DNA of 19,352 nucleotides from Promethearchaeota archaeon (GTDB lineage: Archaea; Asgardarchaeota; Lokiarchaeia; Sigyniarchaeales; SOKP01): NCBI GenBank assembly GCA_029838195.1, contig JALGVJ010000061.1:1-19352 (forward strand). The letters run 5' to 3'. Positions 18,740-19,352 of the stretch are shown piece after piece. Both the position numbers and the translations under genes were made by a program. The notes under the pieces were generated by a model. It had not been told where the DNA came from. It did no database searches and worked only from the letters and a program-made list of their open reading frames with translations. Every line of letters starts with the position of its first letter. The stretch's first letter is position 1.

Positions 18740-19352
18740 ATGATATCTTTACCCGAAAGCGTGACACTTCAATTAACAGAATCGTGTAATTTGCGATGCA
18801 AGATGTGCTATTTTTGGGGTAATAATGGCTATTTTATTGAGGTGAGCAAAAACAAGAAACCCACAACAATGGAATTTGATTTGATCAAAGCATTGGTCGA
18901 AGAATTGAAACCAGCAAGACCCCTTTATAGTTTCTTTGGAGGCGAGCCACTACTTCATCCAAAGTTGGAAGATATCATCCATCTAATCAAAAGTGAAGGG
19001 TCTCCTATAGATACTCCTACAAATGGCACTCTGCTTAAAAAACATGCTTCATTGTTAATAAAAACAGGTTTTGATAATGTCCGGGTTTCAATCGATGGTC
19101 CAAAAGAAATTAACGACATGCAGAGGGGTGCAGGCGCTCATGACAAGGCAATGGAAGGAATTAAAACCCTACATGAGATGAAAAAGGAAATGGGGGCAAA
19201 AAAACCCATCATTAGCATTATTTATACGATCACTCCCATGAACTATCATTCAATTGAAGAATTTTTCTTGAGCGATTTGAATCTTGAGATGGTGGATTGG
19301 ATCACCATTCAAATGTATAATTTTATTACGGAAGAAATGGGAAAAGCTTTTG
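18740..19352 (+). CDS. Radical SAM protein (3' truncated by window edge)
   Basis: Hand translation MISLPESVTLQLTESCNLRCKMCYFWG... contains CxxxCxxC, FFGGEPLLHP, TPTNGTLL and VRVSIDGPKEINDMQRGAG. The frame is open to the window end. Confidence 0.93.
   Translation, partial: MISLPESVTLQLTESCNLRCKMCYFWGNNGYFIEVSKNKKPTTMEFDLIKALVEELKPARPLYSFFGGEPLLHPKLEDIIHLIKSEGSPIDTPTNGTLLKKHASLLIKTGFDNVRVSIDGPKEINDMQRGAGAHDKAMEGIKTLHEMKKEMGAKKPIISIIYTITPMNYHSIEEFFLSDLNLEMVDWITIQMYNFITEEMGKAF

Overview
AT-rich archaeal window; the gene content and the N-terminal motif of the large beta-helix protein suggest an Asgard/Lokiarchaeia-like host (inference). The left end holds two decayed insertion sequences 14 bp apart: an IS1634-family pseudogene carrying a perfect 52-bp tandem duplication plus a nonsense codon, and a fully delimited single-ORF IS66-family element (1337-3310, imperfect TIRs, 8-bp AAAAATTT target duplication) whose transposase begins with an unexpected transmembrane-like helix. 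Next is a 1133-aa membrane-anchored parallel beta-helix (NosD/CASH-like) surface protein built from recent internal duplications. The core is a phosphate acquisition locus: sulfatase-family hydrolase, AbrB-PhoU regulator, SAM methyltransferase, pstS, a fused pstC-pstA, pstB and a nucleotide pyrophosphatase/phosphodiesterase-family enzyme. An identical 18-bp TATATAG direct-repeat box lies about 165-168 nt upstream of both phoU and pstCA, with a variant before pstS, and a second 10-mer (AGAACGAGAA) accompanies it in all three intergenic regions; together they are a candidate Pho-box-like operator system. Features missing from the ORF track are a 345-bp MITE-like element with perfect 21-23 bp TIRs after pstB, an IS607-type serine recombinase remnant, and a radical SAM gene running off the right edge.
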